Sequence record: MZ422438.1
Strand: one strand, 5' to 3'
DNA length: 64,000 nucleotides
A program made the position numbers and the translations under genes. The first letter of the stretch is position 1. Every line of letters begins with the position of its first letter. This document shows positions 1 through 10,791 of the stretch, piece by piece. The notes below the pieces were generated by a model. It was not told where the DNA came from, did no database searches, and saw nothing but the letters and a program-made list of their open reading frames with translations.

Positions 1-1540
1 CCAGTTGAGTTTGACGAAAAAGCATGTCTTCTACATCTACCGGTACATCTGAAATATCTTTCTTACATTTACTACATGTTAATCCATGAATTGCATAAGA
101 AATACCATATTTATCAGATTGCTCACTAATCATTTCACTAAGACTCTTCATGTCACTAACTTCAAGATTACTAATGATCTTAAGAATTTGTTCTGGGTTT
201 GTTACTTTTACAAATTTAAGTTCTCCAGTTTTTTCCAATCTATCTAGGTCAGGAACCATTATTTTTTTAGTGAATAAAATTAGATCAATATAATCTCTAA
301 CTTCATCATAGCTTTCAGGTTTAATATATGATAGTAATGTTAATTTATCTTTTAGTGAAGGTATTTGAATATCGAATACCATTTTACTTAACGGCATTTG
401 GGAACGAGTGATCTTATTTACTGCTGAATACTTTTTAATGACGCTTGGATCTTTAACTGTATCAGTAATTTGTTTTAAACGAGAATATGTTTCTTCATTC
501 TTAACAACAATAAGATTCTCATTATAAGCTTTAACATTCCTCATAACGTTTCCACATGATCCACACTTAATATCAAAAGAAGTTCCACGTGGGAATGTTT
601 GACAGAATAGTCCGTAAATTAAAGTATCTAGATCATAGATAGATGTAATGTCAATGAATGTATCCCAATCTAATTTACCTAGTGTAGTGGAATTAATTTT
701 ACTAAAGTATGTTTGATATTGACGTAATGTAGATTCATATGCAGAAGCGGTGCTTGATGAGATAGAAAGCATATCATTCATACGTAGACTCTCTACATGA
801 GCAATATATGCTGATTGATTTAATGTAACTTGATAAGTAGGGCTTCCTGTTAATGCATATTTAAATTTATCAAAATTAATATCTTTAAATTTATCTTCAT
901 CATCAATAATTAATGAGTCGATATCTTTTAAATTATCAATTTTTGCTTTATCAAGAATATCTTTAACTGAGTCTTTTTTAGGTTCTTGTTTAATTTCAGT
1001 TAATGTTTCATCTACTTGTANGTTGTTAATATTTTCTTGATTAATTGGGTCTTTAATAGGAATCTCATCACTTGGTTCTTCAAAAATTCCTTTAATCTCT
1101 TCTTCTTCTTTTTTCTCATTATCAGGAACATCATCAGGTATTGGATTTCCATCTAAAGGCTCAATGTCTGATGGATTATACGCAAATTGTTCTTCATTTT
1201 CTTGTGATTTTTGTTCATATTGATATTGTTGAGTCATTGCTTGTTCGGTATTTTCATTTTCTCCAGTATTATTCGTTACTGAGGAATCTTCTTCTTTCTG
1301 GTAAACATCAATACCTGTACCAGAGAGAGATAAGTTAGGATCAATATTCTCTTCTTTTTTAGCTTCTTCAGATTTTCTACGTTGCTCTGCTTCTAGAAAT
1401 AATTTTGCTACATGTTGAGGATCTTCACCTACTACTTGGGCATGTAACATTGCTATTTCTAGATCGCTCATCTTTTTATCGGGAATATTAATATTTGTAG
1501 GAATATTGTTATTTTCATTATTATCTGATTTTAATACCAT
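1..1540 (-). CDS. Baseplate hub assembly protein, T4 gp26-like, with a long acidic N-terminal region; runs off the window start
   Basis: Not in the ORF track. Manual translation from ATG 1540 (RBS GGAGG) is open to position 1: MVLKSDNNEN...FDIKCGSCG...GLTCSKCKKDISDVPVDVEDMLFRQTQL. The two CxxC motifs and the position after a gp25-like gene fit gp26-like proteins. Confidence 0.6.
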   Translation of the reverse strand, partial: MVLKSDNNENNNIPTNINIPDKKMSDLEIAMLHAQVVGEDPQHVAKLFLEAEQRRKSEEAKKEENIDPNLSLSGTGIDVYQKEEDSSVTNNTGENENTEQAMTQQYQYEQKSQENEEQFAYNPSDIEPLDGNPIPDDVPDNEKKEEEEIKGIFEEPSDEIPIKDPINQENINNXQVDETLTEIKQEPKKDSVKDILDKAKIDNLKDIDSLIIDDEDKFKDINFDKFKYALTGSPTYQVTLNQSAYIAHVESLRMNDMLSISSSTASAYESTLRQYQTYFSKINSTTLGKLDWDTFIDITSIYDLDTLIYGLFCQTFPRGTSFDIKCGSCGNVMRNVKAYNENLIVVKNEETYSRLKQITDTVKDPSVIKKYSAVNKITRSQMPLSKMVFDIQIPSLKDKLTLLSYIKPESYDEVRDYIDLILFTKKIMVPDLDRLEKTGELKFVKVTNPEQILKIISNLEVSDMKSLSEMISEQSDKYGISYAIHGLTCSKCKKDISDVPVDVEDMLFRQTQL

Positions 1541-1574
1541 TGTATATTTTACCTCCACATAATTTATATTATTT

Positions 1575-2054
1575 TTAATTATACATTATTTTTGATACAG
1601 TTGTATTTGTTTTATTATTGTATCCATATAATAATCCAAAGTTTAGATTAGTAGTAGTATTAGAATCTACTAAATTAATATCTATATAAAACGTATTTAC
1701 ATTTACGTTTGAATTACTAGAAAGAACGTTTTTAACATTTTGTATATTAATCTTTACAACGATATCTTGATGTACAATATATGATTCTATTTGATTTTCA
1801 ATTTTACTTTGAAGTTCTAATCTAGTTTCCNTATCCAAGATTTCATATAAATATAATCCGATACCGATGCCCATATTAGGTTGGTTCGGGTACGTTCCTT
1901 GCTCTATTATAATTAAATTTTGGATCTGTTGTGCTAATGCTTCTAGGTTTTCTCTTAATATTGGTTGATTGAAGTCATCCCTCTCTAGTATAACTTCAGG
2001 TCTGAATGATATATTTGATTCATCCGCTTTAAAGTCTGCCATAATTTTCACCAC
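1575..2054 (-). CDS. Baseplate wedge protein, gp25/GpW-like
   Basis: LAQQIQNLIIIEQGTYPNQPNMGIGIGLYLYE matches the gp25-family NLLxTxxGxxPxxPxxGxGL pattern; 159 aa. Confidence 0.7.
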   Translation of the reverse strand: MVKIMADFKADESNISFRPEVILERDDFNQPILRENLEALAQQIQNLIIIEQGTYPNQPNMGIGIGLYLYEILDXETRLELQSKIENQIESYIVHQDIVVKINIQNVKNVLSSNSNVNVNTFYIDINLVDSNTTTNLNFGLLYGYNNKTNTTVSKIMYN

Positions 2055-2097
2055 TTTCTATTTAAAGTATTCTATAAAAATCAATAGCTTTTAATTA

Positions 2098-2109
2098 TAA
2101 TTATATGTT
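2098..2109 (-). promoter_or_regulatory. AR9-type late promoter AACA-N6-TA
   Basis: Minus strand AACA TATAAT TA, 44 nt upstream of the gp25-like start. Confidence 0.55.
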
Positions 2110-2349
2110 GCAGTAAAAATTAACATTTTAAAAAATTATTTGTGAACAATATTATATATAAGTTTAGAAAAATTTTTTTCTGGGTTTATATAATACTTAA
2201 ATATCACTAAATTGTTTAAAATACTCGGGTTGTAGTTCACATTGTTGACTAACCATTTAAATAATATAATTACATTTAGTGATATTATACATATCTTTCA
2301 TCATAACATTATTCTAAAAAATAATGTTATGATGAATATTGTTTTAATG

Positions 2350-2361
2350 AACATATACTTA
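2350..2361 (+). promoter_or_regulatory. AR9-type late promoter AACA-N6-TA
   Basis: AACA TATACT TA, ending 15 nt before ATG 2376; a second match lies at 2145-2156. Confidence 0.5.
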
Positions 2362-2375
2362 TTATAGATATATTA

Positions 2376-3119
2376 ATGCAGAAAGAAGTGAATATTTTGA
2401 AACAATTTAAATGTCCATATGACAGAAAGATATTTGTAAATAAAAAGGCATTATATGATTATATGGAAAAGAATTATTCAGATCAATTAAATGGACTATC
2501 TCCGGCTAATGCTTATTTTAATATCAAGTATAACAAAACACATGGTAGATGTATTGTATGCGGTAAGAATACACCATTTAACGAAACTACTGAAAAGTAT
2601 GATCGTTTATGTTCAGATAAATGTAAAATTAAATATAGAAAGCAGTTTGTAGAGAGAATGAAAAAAGTTCACGGAACAGATACTCTATTAAGAGATCCTG
2701 AAATGCAGAAAAGAATGTTAGCTAATCGTAAAATTGCAGGAGTATATACGTGGTCTGATGGTAGTAAATTTAAATATGTGGGTAGTTATGAGAAAGATGC
2801 GTTAGAATATATGGATAAGATATTAGGATTTCACTCTAAGGATATTATTGTTCCTTCTCCAATAATCTTTGATTATACGCTTGATGGTAAAAAACATTTC
2901 TATATACCAGATATATTTATTGTTCCTTTCAACATNGTGGTAGAAGTAAAAGGTACTAACAATCATTACCAAACTAGGGATAGACGTACTGAAGATGCTA
3001 AGGATAAAGCGGTTCTTAAGACAAAGTATCGTTATGCAAAATTAGTTGACAAGAAATATGACAAGTTCAATGACATTATTGAGAATCTTAAAGAATCAAA
3101 GGACGATAAAGTCCGTTAA
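2376..3119 (+). CDS. Zn-finger plus PD-(D/E)xK (TnsA-N-like) putative endonuclease
   Basis: N-terminal CPY, CIVC and C..C Zn ligands; C-terminal FYIPDIFI...VVEVKG nuclease motif. Confidence 0.55.
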   Translation: MQKEVNILKQFKCPYDRKIFVNKKALYDYMEKNYSDQLNGLSPANAYFNIKYNKTHGRCIVCGKNTPFNETTEKYDRLCSDKCKIKYRKQFVERMKKVHGTDTLLRDPEMQKRMLANRKIAGVYTWSDGSKFKYVGSYEKDALEYMDKILGFHSKDIIVPSPIIFDYTLDGKKHFYIPDIFIVPFNXVVEVKGTNNHYQTRDRRTEDAKDKAVLKTKYRYAKLVDKKYDKFNDIIENLKESKDDKVR

Positions 3120-3137
3120 TATAAATAAAATTTTAAA

Positions 3138-3197
3138 CCCTCATTTCAATAATATATTATAATTAAGATAATGTATATTATCATATTGAAATGAGGG
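3138..3197 (+). promoter_or_regulatory. 14-bp inverted repeat enclosing an early-type promoter, with its right arm overlapping the RBS of the kinase gene
   Basis: CCCTCATTTCAATA (3138-3151) pairs with TATTGAAATGAGGG (3184-3197); the loop contains ATATATTATAATT (3152-3164). Confidence 0.5.
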
Positions 3198-3204
3198 GAT
3201 TTTA

Positions 3205-3771
3205 TTGGAAAATAAGAAACGTAAATTCTTGGCACTGTGTGGAATTAGTGGTTCGGGTAAGAATTCTGTTGAATCTATACTTGATGGTTATTATGATAAT
3301 GTTAATGGAGTGTTTTTTAAAAAACTAAATCAAGTAACAACTAGGAATATTCGAAATACTGATGAATTTAATAGTGGAATATATAGTTTTATAACTATAG
3401 ATATTTATAATCTAATAAAAGAAAATCTCATTGGAAAAACAGTTATCGATAATAAATATTATTATGGTACGCTTGATACTAGTACTACAGATGGTTGTAT
3501 TAATACTATTATTGTCAATGCAAAAGGATTATCTAATCTTAAGAATGATCTTAATAATAAGTATGGTGAAGATAACTATGACCTATTTGTATTGCAGATT
3601 GCTAATAATACTCCTGTGGAAAGAAGAAATAGAGACGCAGAATTTATCAGAGGTGAATATAATGATTTAAAAGGATTGTCTAACGCAACTCTTATAAATA
3701 ATCCTAGTAAATGGTTAACTGTCTCTGACGTAATTAACTGTCTTAAGAAAGAAGGTTTTTTGGATACATGA
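3205..3771 (+). CDS. Guanylate kinase-like nucleoside monophosphate kinase
   Basis: P-loop GISGSGKNS followed by the gmk-type VTTRNIR and YYYGT motifs. Confidence 0.7.
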   Translation: MENKKRKFLALCGISGSGKNSVESILDGYYDNVNGVFFKKLNQVTTRNIRNTDEFNSGIYSFITIDIYNLIKENLIGKTVIDNKYYYGTLDTSTTDGCINTIIVNAKGLSNLKNDLNNKYGEDNYDLFVLQIANNTPVERRNRDAEFIRGEYNDLKGLSNATLINNPSKWLTVSDVINCLKKEGFLDT

Positions 3772-4562
3772 CATTAGTTAGTCATACTAAGTTATATGAA
3801 AAAACAAATTATCGTAATAAAAGAATTAGCTATATTAAAAATACGTTGATTACTGAGTTTGATATAAAAAGTGCTGGTCTAAATATTCTATATGAAATGG
3901 AATATTTAGACCAAAATCAATATGAAAAATTATTATCAATGGAAAAGTATGAAAGAAACNTTACAATCGGAAAGATATTAAGGTCTAATAAAGAAATGAA
4001 TGAAGCATTATCATTTGGTTTTTCAGAAGCGAGAAGATTATTTTTCGAATTAAATCAAATTGATGATTCAGAATTATTATCTATTAAGAAGGATGCAATA
4101 TTTCTTATAGGTAGAAATAATATAAATATTAACGGTAATGTTTCTGAATTTATAAAATTTAGACCAAAGAAATCTTATACAACGTTTGTTGAAGTGTTAG
4201 ACCGAGAACACTATTTGAACTTTGAAAGCGAAGAAATAATTTATGATATTAAAGGATACTCTAGTGATATTAAAGATATTCATAATGAATATTTATTAAA
4301 GGATCTTCTTAATGTAATGAAGTTTGATTATGTTAATGATAAAGATAGAATATTTGAATATTTAGCAGTTCTTAAGGATGACCTAATTAAATATAGACTT
4401 CCAGTATCATACTATAATGATATTAAAGTAGGAAAATATATTGTAGAAATGGGTAACGCATTATTTGATCTAGATAATATTAATGATAATATTAAGCAAT
4501 ATTGCCTGTTGTCTAATAATCTTAGTTTTATTTTAAATCTAATCAATAAGACTCTTTCATAA
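3768..4562 (+). CDS. Jumbo-phage protein with DNA polymerase palm-like motifs
   Basis: EFDIKSAGLNIL resembles polymerase motif A (DxxS) and LSIKKDAIF resembles motif C. The similarity is weak. Confidence 0.35.
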   Translation: MTLVSHTKLYEKTNYRNKRISYIKNTLITEFDIKSAGLNILYEMEYLDQNQYEKLLSMEKYERNXTIGKILRSNKEMNEALSFGFSEARRLFFELNQIDDSELLSIKKDAIFLIGRNNININGNVSEFIKFRPKKSYTTFVEVLDREHYLNFESEEIIYDIKGYSSDIKDIHNEYLLKDLLNVMKFDYVNDKDRIFEYLAVLKDDLIKYRLPVSYYNDIKVGKYIVEMGNALFDLDNINDNIKQYCLLSNNLSFILNLINKTLS

Positions 4563-4645
4563 AAAAAAAATAAATAATATATTAAGGTAACGATCATTAA
4601 TTTGATNGTTACCTCTTTTTTTTTTTTTCTATGATCCATAATATA

Positions 4646-5218
4646 CTATATATTTACAGATTTTATTTTCTTGTCAATCGTTAATGATACTTCAGTCATG
4701 ATAAGCATAATCTTGCTCATAACATATTCCTCAATATGTTCTTCTGAAATGATGGTAGAAACCCTATATTTTAAGTCACTAGACATTCTTTCTACAACTT
4801 CATTAGTACATGATATAACAGATTCTTCAAATTCATCTGTAGTTGTATCGATATCTATATCATCACTAAGTTCACTCTGATCTTCATCAATAGATGTTTC
4901 AGTAGTCGCAGTATTTTCTACATATTCATTTCCTTCATTGTCATACTGAATATTCATACCATTAATTGCAGTAACTTCACTTAATCTAGGAAGTATTCTA
5001 TCAATACTTTCAGCAATTAAATTATTCTTTACTATCCATATGCTAATATCAATAAGAATATCTAATTCCTTTAGTGCTTTTTCACCATCAATATTATTAT
5101 GCATCATTCTATTATTACGGTTAGATTTAATAATCAATCTTCCAATAATTATATGTGTAATAAATATAATTATTAGTATTGAAGGTACTGTAATGTAAAA
5201 TAAATTTGTAGTCATCAA
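4646..5218 (-). CDS. Membrane-anchored acidic hypothetical protein
   Basis: N-terminal hydrophobic helix and acidic body; 190 aa. Confidence 0.6.
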   Translation of the reverse strand: MMTTNLFYITVPSILIIIFITHIIIGRLIIKSNRNNRMMHNNIDGEKALKELDILIDISIWIVKNNLIAESIDRILPRLSEVTAINGMNIQYDNEGNEYVENTATTETSIDEDQSELSDDIDIDTTTDEFEESVISCTNEVVERMSSDLKYRVSTIISEEHIEEYVMSKIMLIMTEVSLTIDKKIKSVNI

Positions 5219-5244
5219 ATAAACTTCCCCTATTCATTTATTAT

Positions 5245-5752
5245 TTATATATAATTATTCATACTAAAAACTTGAATTTTATTTTCTTCTAAGAAAGATA
5301 CAACTTCCTGAGAATTATCATATTCTTCTAAATAATATACTTTAGATATTCCTGAAGCAATAATCGTTTTGGCACAATTAAAGCATGGTGAATGAGTAAT
5401 AAACATTCGATGCGCCTTCTGTATTTCCAGAGTTTCTAGCCACCTTAGATATTGCGTTTATTTCTGCATGTATTTCATATTTTAATGACCATTTATGATG
5501 AATTTCCATATCTTCACATAAATAAAATTTCTTTCCTTGACTTTCAATATAATAATCTTTGCGACAAATGAAATACGATTGTGAAGTATACCATAATCCT
5601 TCTTTCTTTATGAATATATCATTACAGTTAGCGTATCCACTAGGGGTTCCATTAATTCCTGAAGATATAATGGAGTTATTCTTAACAATAATGCAGGAGA
5701 CTTTCTTTGCAGAGCATTTACTTATTTCTGACATTCTTATTGCAATATTCAT
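5245..5752 (-). CDS. dCMP deaminase (one apparent +1 frameshift near 5407)
   Basis: SKCSAKKVSC, SGINGTP and HAEINAI motifs. The PCFNCAKTIIASGI Zn motif continues in the shifted frame to TAA at 5245. Confidence 0.85.
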
Positions 5753-5879
5753 AAAGTTTACTTCGTTTGTCGTAAATAGTCATCCATATTATTATCTTCA
5801 TTATCTATAAATATATCTACCAAGATATGGCCACTGATCTTATTCTAATTATAATAAATTATTTGAAATGATGCATTGT

Positions 5880-7070
5880 TTAAATACTTTTAATTTTCCG
5901 AATGTTAATGTTAATATCAACACGATTTATAAAATTGTCAATTTCTGTATCTGTATTAGAGAACATATTTTCAAAGATATCAAACTTTATAATTCGATAA
6001 AAGCTATCTTGACTTATATAATGTGCAATATTATTAACAATATTATCATTATCTGTAAGATAAAGATACTTCACAACAAGACTAAGCGTTGTTAATATTA
6101 GTCTGTATATTTCTTTTATACGATAATCGTTTATATTTTTATCTATAATTAACGTATCATATGATTCTGTCTGGAAGTTAAATTTATATGTTTCTTGAGA
6201 ATTTACTTTCTTCATCAAACTAATTATAGATACTGCGTTTGATGGCATTTTTTTCACTTTTGGAAATATCAATTCTTTATTATTTATTCTTCTTTTTGTA
6301 TCTTTTATTAATTCATCAATAAATTTTGAAAATTCGGCATTATATAACTCATCATTACTTAGATCCATATTTTTTTGTAGTTCAATATACATTTTAAATT
6401 CTAGTTCCAATCTATTTAATATATGAACTTCATGCTTTGATAATAAGTTAATATATAATACGTTTATTGTAGGAAATTTAATATTGGATTTATCATCAGT
6501 ATCTATATCAGTGGATTCTATATAGTATGATGAGGGTGAAATATAATTTTTATATTTATACATATGCGTATATGAGTAAATAACTAATTCATTAGTATAC
6601 GTAAAATTCATTAAATTATCATTATCATAATTATCCACTTCAATATAGTTGTTTATTATTGCATCTTTTCGACTGATTAACGATCTTTCTTTATTATATT
6701 TGTGCATTATAAAAGAGATATATCTATTATTATTTATATAATTAGATGAATCGATAAACATGTCATATTCTTGTAATTCTTCAAAACATAGTTCTAAAAT
6801 ATTTGCAAGCAATATTTGAATTATATTTCTATTATCTTTTATTTTATTATAACCATAATAATTTTTGTGACTTATCATAGGAATATCTGAAAATATGATG
6901 TAATTTTCAGAAGTAAGAAAAAAATTAGAATTATTTAAATCATTGAAGATACCAGTAATTTTACTGATATCTTCAAGACTTATATTTTTAAATTTTTCAT
7001 AGTTCCATAAATTTCTCACTTTAATATTATGGTTAGCATCAGTATAGAAATATTTAGTATCAATATTCAT
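5880..7070 (-). CDS. Hypothetical protein ending in RKIKSI
   Basis: 396-aa ORF carrying the shared C-terminal motif. Confidence 0.75.
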   Translation of the reverse strand: MNIDTKYFYTDANHNIKVRNLWNYEKFKNISLEDISKITGIFNDLNNSNFFLTSENYIIFSDIPMISHKNYYGYNKIKDNRNIIQILLANILELCFEELQEYDMFIDSSNYINNNRYISFIMHKYNKERSLISRKDAIINNYIEVDNYDNDNLMNFTYTNELVIYSYTHMYKYKNYISPSSYYIESTDIDTDDKSNIKFPTINVLYINLLSKHEVHILNRLELEFKMYIELQKNMDLSNDELYNAEFSKFIDELIKDTKRRINNKELIFPKVKKMPSNAVSIISLMKKVNSQETYKFNFQTESYDTLIIDKNINDYRIKEIYRLILTTLSLVVKYLYLTDNDNIVNNIAHYISQDSFYRIIKFDIFENMFSNTDTEIDNFINRVDININIRKIKSI

Positions 7071-7098
7071 TAACTAATCACTATCCTTATATAATATT

Positions 7099-8658
7099 TT
7101 AGTATCGATATTTACTTTTGTTTTTAAAGTTAACGTCTCTTACTGTTCCTGGAGGATTATTGATTGATAATCCTGCATTATTATTACTTTCTGTAAGAAG
7201 CCAGATAGTATATCCTTTAGGTTTCTTACAATCAAGCGTATTCTCACCAAAACCATCCGTAATAATAATATTAATATCTGATCGAATATTTTCATTAATA
7301 TATTTAATTGGAGCAGTCAATGTAGTTCCACCATAAGCAGTTCTTTCAAATTTACGTAATCTATCTTTCTTAGATAACGGATATACATCATGAACCATTG
7401 TATCAAAGTGAATTACATATAGTTTACTTTTAATATTTGAAATAATCTGACGAATTTGATCAAAAGCCAAAGCCACTTCTTCGTCACTCATTGATCCTGA
7501 CATGGTCGATAGCTACGGTAATTTTAGATTCACATTCGACATTCTTCCTAATAAGTCACCACGATCTGGCATTCTTCTATTTCTACGCAGATTAGTTCTT
7601 TTATAAGGAACTTTTAAAGAACCAATCTTCGTACGTAAGATTTGTTGCCAAGGAATAACTTTTTCCTTATTAATATTTTCTAGAAATTTATTAATAGAAA
7701 CAGGAACTGATCCGGCTAAAGATAGTCGTTCAATAGTATTTTCGATATTTTGTTTTATTGAACGTTGAATGTCTTCTTCAGAATAATCGCCGTTTTTCCA
7801 TTTTGAGTGAGAAGAATTAGCACTATTATTCATGTTAATGCGTATCTTTCTTACCTTCTGAATCTAATTCATTACCTAGATCATTTTCATCTTTTCCGTA
7901 TTCATGAGATTTGCCAGTATTACCATTAGAAGAACCTTCTTCTTCATTTTCGCTGTCATTATCTCCACCATTATCAGTATCAGATGAATCATCATCATTA
8001 TTCCCACTTTGATTACTTGGCATTCCATTATTATTTTGACCGCTTTTATTATTTTCATTAGCTTCTAATAATGCATCCATATAGTATTCAAAAGATTTAT
8101 CTTTTTCCAAATCCTTATTATTAGTTAACATTCTTACATAATCTAGTGTAATAGAACCTTCTGGAATATCATCAATATATTGATTAATAGAACAATCCAT
8201 AGCAATATTTGCCATATGCATGAAGTCTTGATTTTTACTAATCGACTTATTCTTCAATATCGGAAAATATGATTATTTGAAATATGAAGTAATTCATGAG
8301 TAATAACTGCAATGAATTCTCGATCATTAAACATTAAAATTTTATATGGATTTAGATATAATGTAAATGTATCTTTAAATGTATTTTCAGCATAGCTAAC
8401 TGCTGCCGGAGCAAAGTTCGGATCATGAACAACTTCTTTAATCATATTAATTGTAAATAGAGCAAAGAATTTGTCATCATTAATGTTATCACTAATTAAA
8501 TTAGTGAATGTTAACTTAATATATGCTTCAAATGCTTTTTCTAACTTTTTTGAAGCTTCAAGAGGTAAAAGCTTCTCCTTACCATAATATTCAAGAAGAA
8601 ACTTTTTTAATTCTTTTCTAGTCATACTATTAGAATTATAATTATCTAAAGTAGGCAT
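7099..8658 (-). pseudogene. Metallopeptidase-vWA domain protein (DUF2201-like), split into 4 ORFs
   Basis: HELLH zincin motif, ANIAMDCSINQYI, VIPWQQILR, a broken (T)VAID-SGSM MIDAS motif and GGT...TDG; frameshifts near 8255, 7834 and 7505-7545. Confidence 0.75.
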
Positions 8659-9950
8659 TAATATCCTCCACCGATCTAATTATTTTAAACGGTTTACTAA
8701 TTTTTTGATTGATTGCGATATATTCATCATATTGATAAACTCTGTTATAGAAATCATCTGCAGTATTATTTACGAGTCTAATTAACATTGCAAAAGTACT
8801 CATGATAACTTCTTCTTCTCCCAAAGTATCTACAAATTTAATATAGTTCGCAGTCATTCTATCTAAATCTTTTTTATTTTTTACTCGTTTACTATCGTTA
8901 CCCATTTCACGAACAACATAATTAATTACATAACGACTAAGTAGTGTTTTACGTAAGTTTGTTTCCTCTTTAATTTGGGTCAATAGTTTTTCATCTTTAG
9001 ATAAGTTTGGGTTATCGATAATCAATTCAGCTCGGATCATAGGGTTTGTTTTGTCTTTTAGGAAATTAAAGAATAATGAAGTAGCTTTCGAACCTAGATT
9101 ACCTTCAAACACTGCACGTAGTTTATGACTAATAGATACTGTATCTTCTGGGAATTGTTTCATATGTTCATAATACGCATCAGAACTACGTTTCCATGAA
9201 CGTGGAGTAGGTGACTTACCTAATGCTTGAATTTTCTACAAATGACAGCAACTCAGGATTTGTTGCAATAAATTCAGAAATATCTTCATGAATGTTTGGT
9301 CGAATATATAGTGGAGTAGAAGTATTTGCATCTACATATTCAAATTCTTGAATAGCCCAATCTAACCATTCTTCTGGATCTGGATCTAGTCTAAGATCTG
9401 TAAATAGGTTATGTAGGGCATAGTTCATTGTGTTTACTTGATAATCAATACCGTCACTGTTTTCATCTGTAGGATTTCCTGCAGTAATAATATATAATTC
9501 TTCTGGAAGAGAGTATTGATGAATTCTCCGATCAAGAATAATATTCATTAACTCTTGTTGAACAGCTAAATCTGAACGGTTAAGTTCATCGATAAATAGT
9601 AATGGAATTTTTCCATTATCTGCAATCTTATATAGTTTACCAATTGTACTATGAATAGTATATTCATTTTCTTTAGGTTGTTCTTCATTTTTAAACCATG
9701 TTTTGATATTTGTAAGTTTAAATTTATTTTTAGGTTCTGCAATATGAGGGATACTGTTAATTTCTCCTTCTTTAAGTAAGTTACCATCAAGCTTAACAAA
9801 CTCAATTAAGTCACCATTTCTTTCATTATAACGTTCAACAAATAATTAAGCCAAACTAGATTTTACGATCCCTGCATGACCTTCAATAAATGGTACGCTT
9901 CCTGAAGCTACCACTACGCCTACTACATCTAACAAGTCTGACATTTTCAT
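8642..9950 (-). pseudogene. MoxR-type AAA+ ATPase, disrupted
   Basis: Walker A reads GHAGIVKS (G to V), in-frame TAA at about 9847, Walker B LLFIDELNRS, TAGNP, and SPTPRSW after a frameshift at about 9220. Confidence 0.8.
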
Positions 9951-10098
9951 AAATAAATTCCACCAATCTATATTTTTTATTTTATTACTAATTTATAATA
10001 TATATTTATAAATTATTTATAATTGTGTATATCACGCTACTAATTTTGGTTAATGTTTCTTCAAGGTTTAAAAATGAAGAACTTTCTTATCATCATTT

Positions 10099-10665
10099 TT
10101 ATACTTCTAATGCAAGATTGTCAAATCTATGATTATATTCAATAAAGTGAGGAAGTAATTCTTCTGGAATATATCGATTTCTTTTTGATGTACCTTTTTT
10201 AAATGAATTAGTAGTATGTCCTTTAACCCACGTAAAATTAAATTCATATTGAGAAGAACTATTATTAATAATATTTACTAATAACTTCCACATCTCAGCA
10301 TTCTTTACTGGTGTTCCTGAACTACTCATCCAGTTTCGATTAATCCATCCAGTCATATATTCTGTAATACCTCTGATAACGTATTGACTATCTGAAACAA
10401 CACTAATATTAAACTTTTCTTTATTACCATTCTTATAATTATCTCTCATAATATGCGCTATTCCATAAATAACGGCTAATAATTCATTTTGGTTAATTGT
10501 TGAATCATGAAAAGATCTTTTAATACTGTATAGCGTATTAAATTCGGTGTCAGTAATATAGCATCCAAATCCTCCATACATAGGCTTACTGGGGTCTTTC
10601 CTACCATTATTAAAGCTACTTGCATCCGTAAATAAATATATGTAATTTGTATTATCGTTGTCCAA
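10099..10665 (-). CDS. rnhA: Ribonuclease HI
   Basis: LFTDASS, TINQNELLAV, VSDSQYVIRGITEYMTGW, PVKNAEMW and WVKGHT motifs. Confidence 0.92.
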   Translation of the reverse strand: MDNDNTNYIYLFTDASSFNNGRKDPSKPMYGGFGCYITDTEFNTLYSIKRSFHDSTINQNELLAVIYGIAHIMRDNYKNGNKEKFNISVVSDSQYVIRGITEYMTGWINRNWMSSSGTPVKNAEMWKLLVNIINNSSSQYEFNFTWVKGHTTNSFKKGTSKRNRYIPEELLPHFIEYNHRFDNLALEV

Positions 10666-10748
10666 TATATTTTCACTCCCACGTTTAGTTATTTCTTTTC
10701 GCCTATATTCTATTATTGTAATTCTAGAATAAAAAATTAATTATAATA

Positions 10749-10760
10749 AACAATATAATA
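10749..10760 (+). promoter_or_regulatory. AR9-type late promoter AACA-N6-TA
   Basis: AACA ATATAA TA, 32 nt before ATG 10792. Confidence 0.55.
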
Positions 10761-10791
10761 TAAGCACTTCTATAAGAAAGGTCTGATATTT

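Noticed and set aside
2376-3119. Free-standing homing endonuclease in a mobile intron
   Set aside because: No flanking gene is interrupted and no group I intron core was seen; it has its own late promoter, so it is kept only as a putative nuclease.
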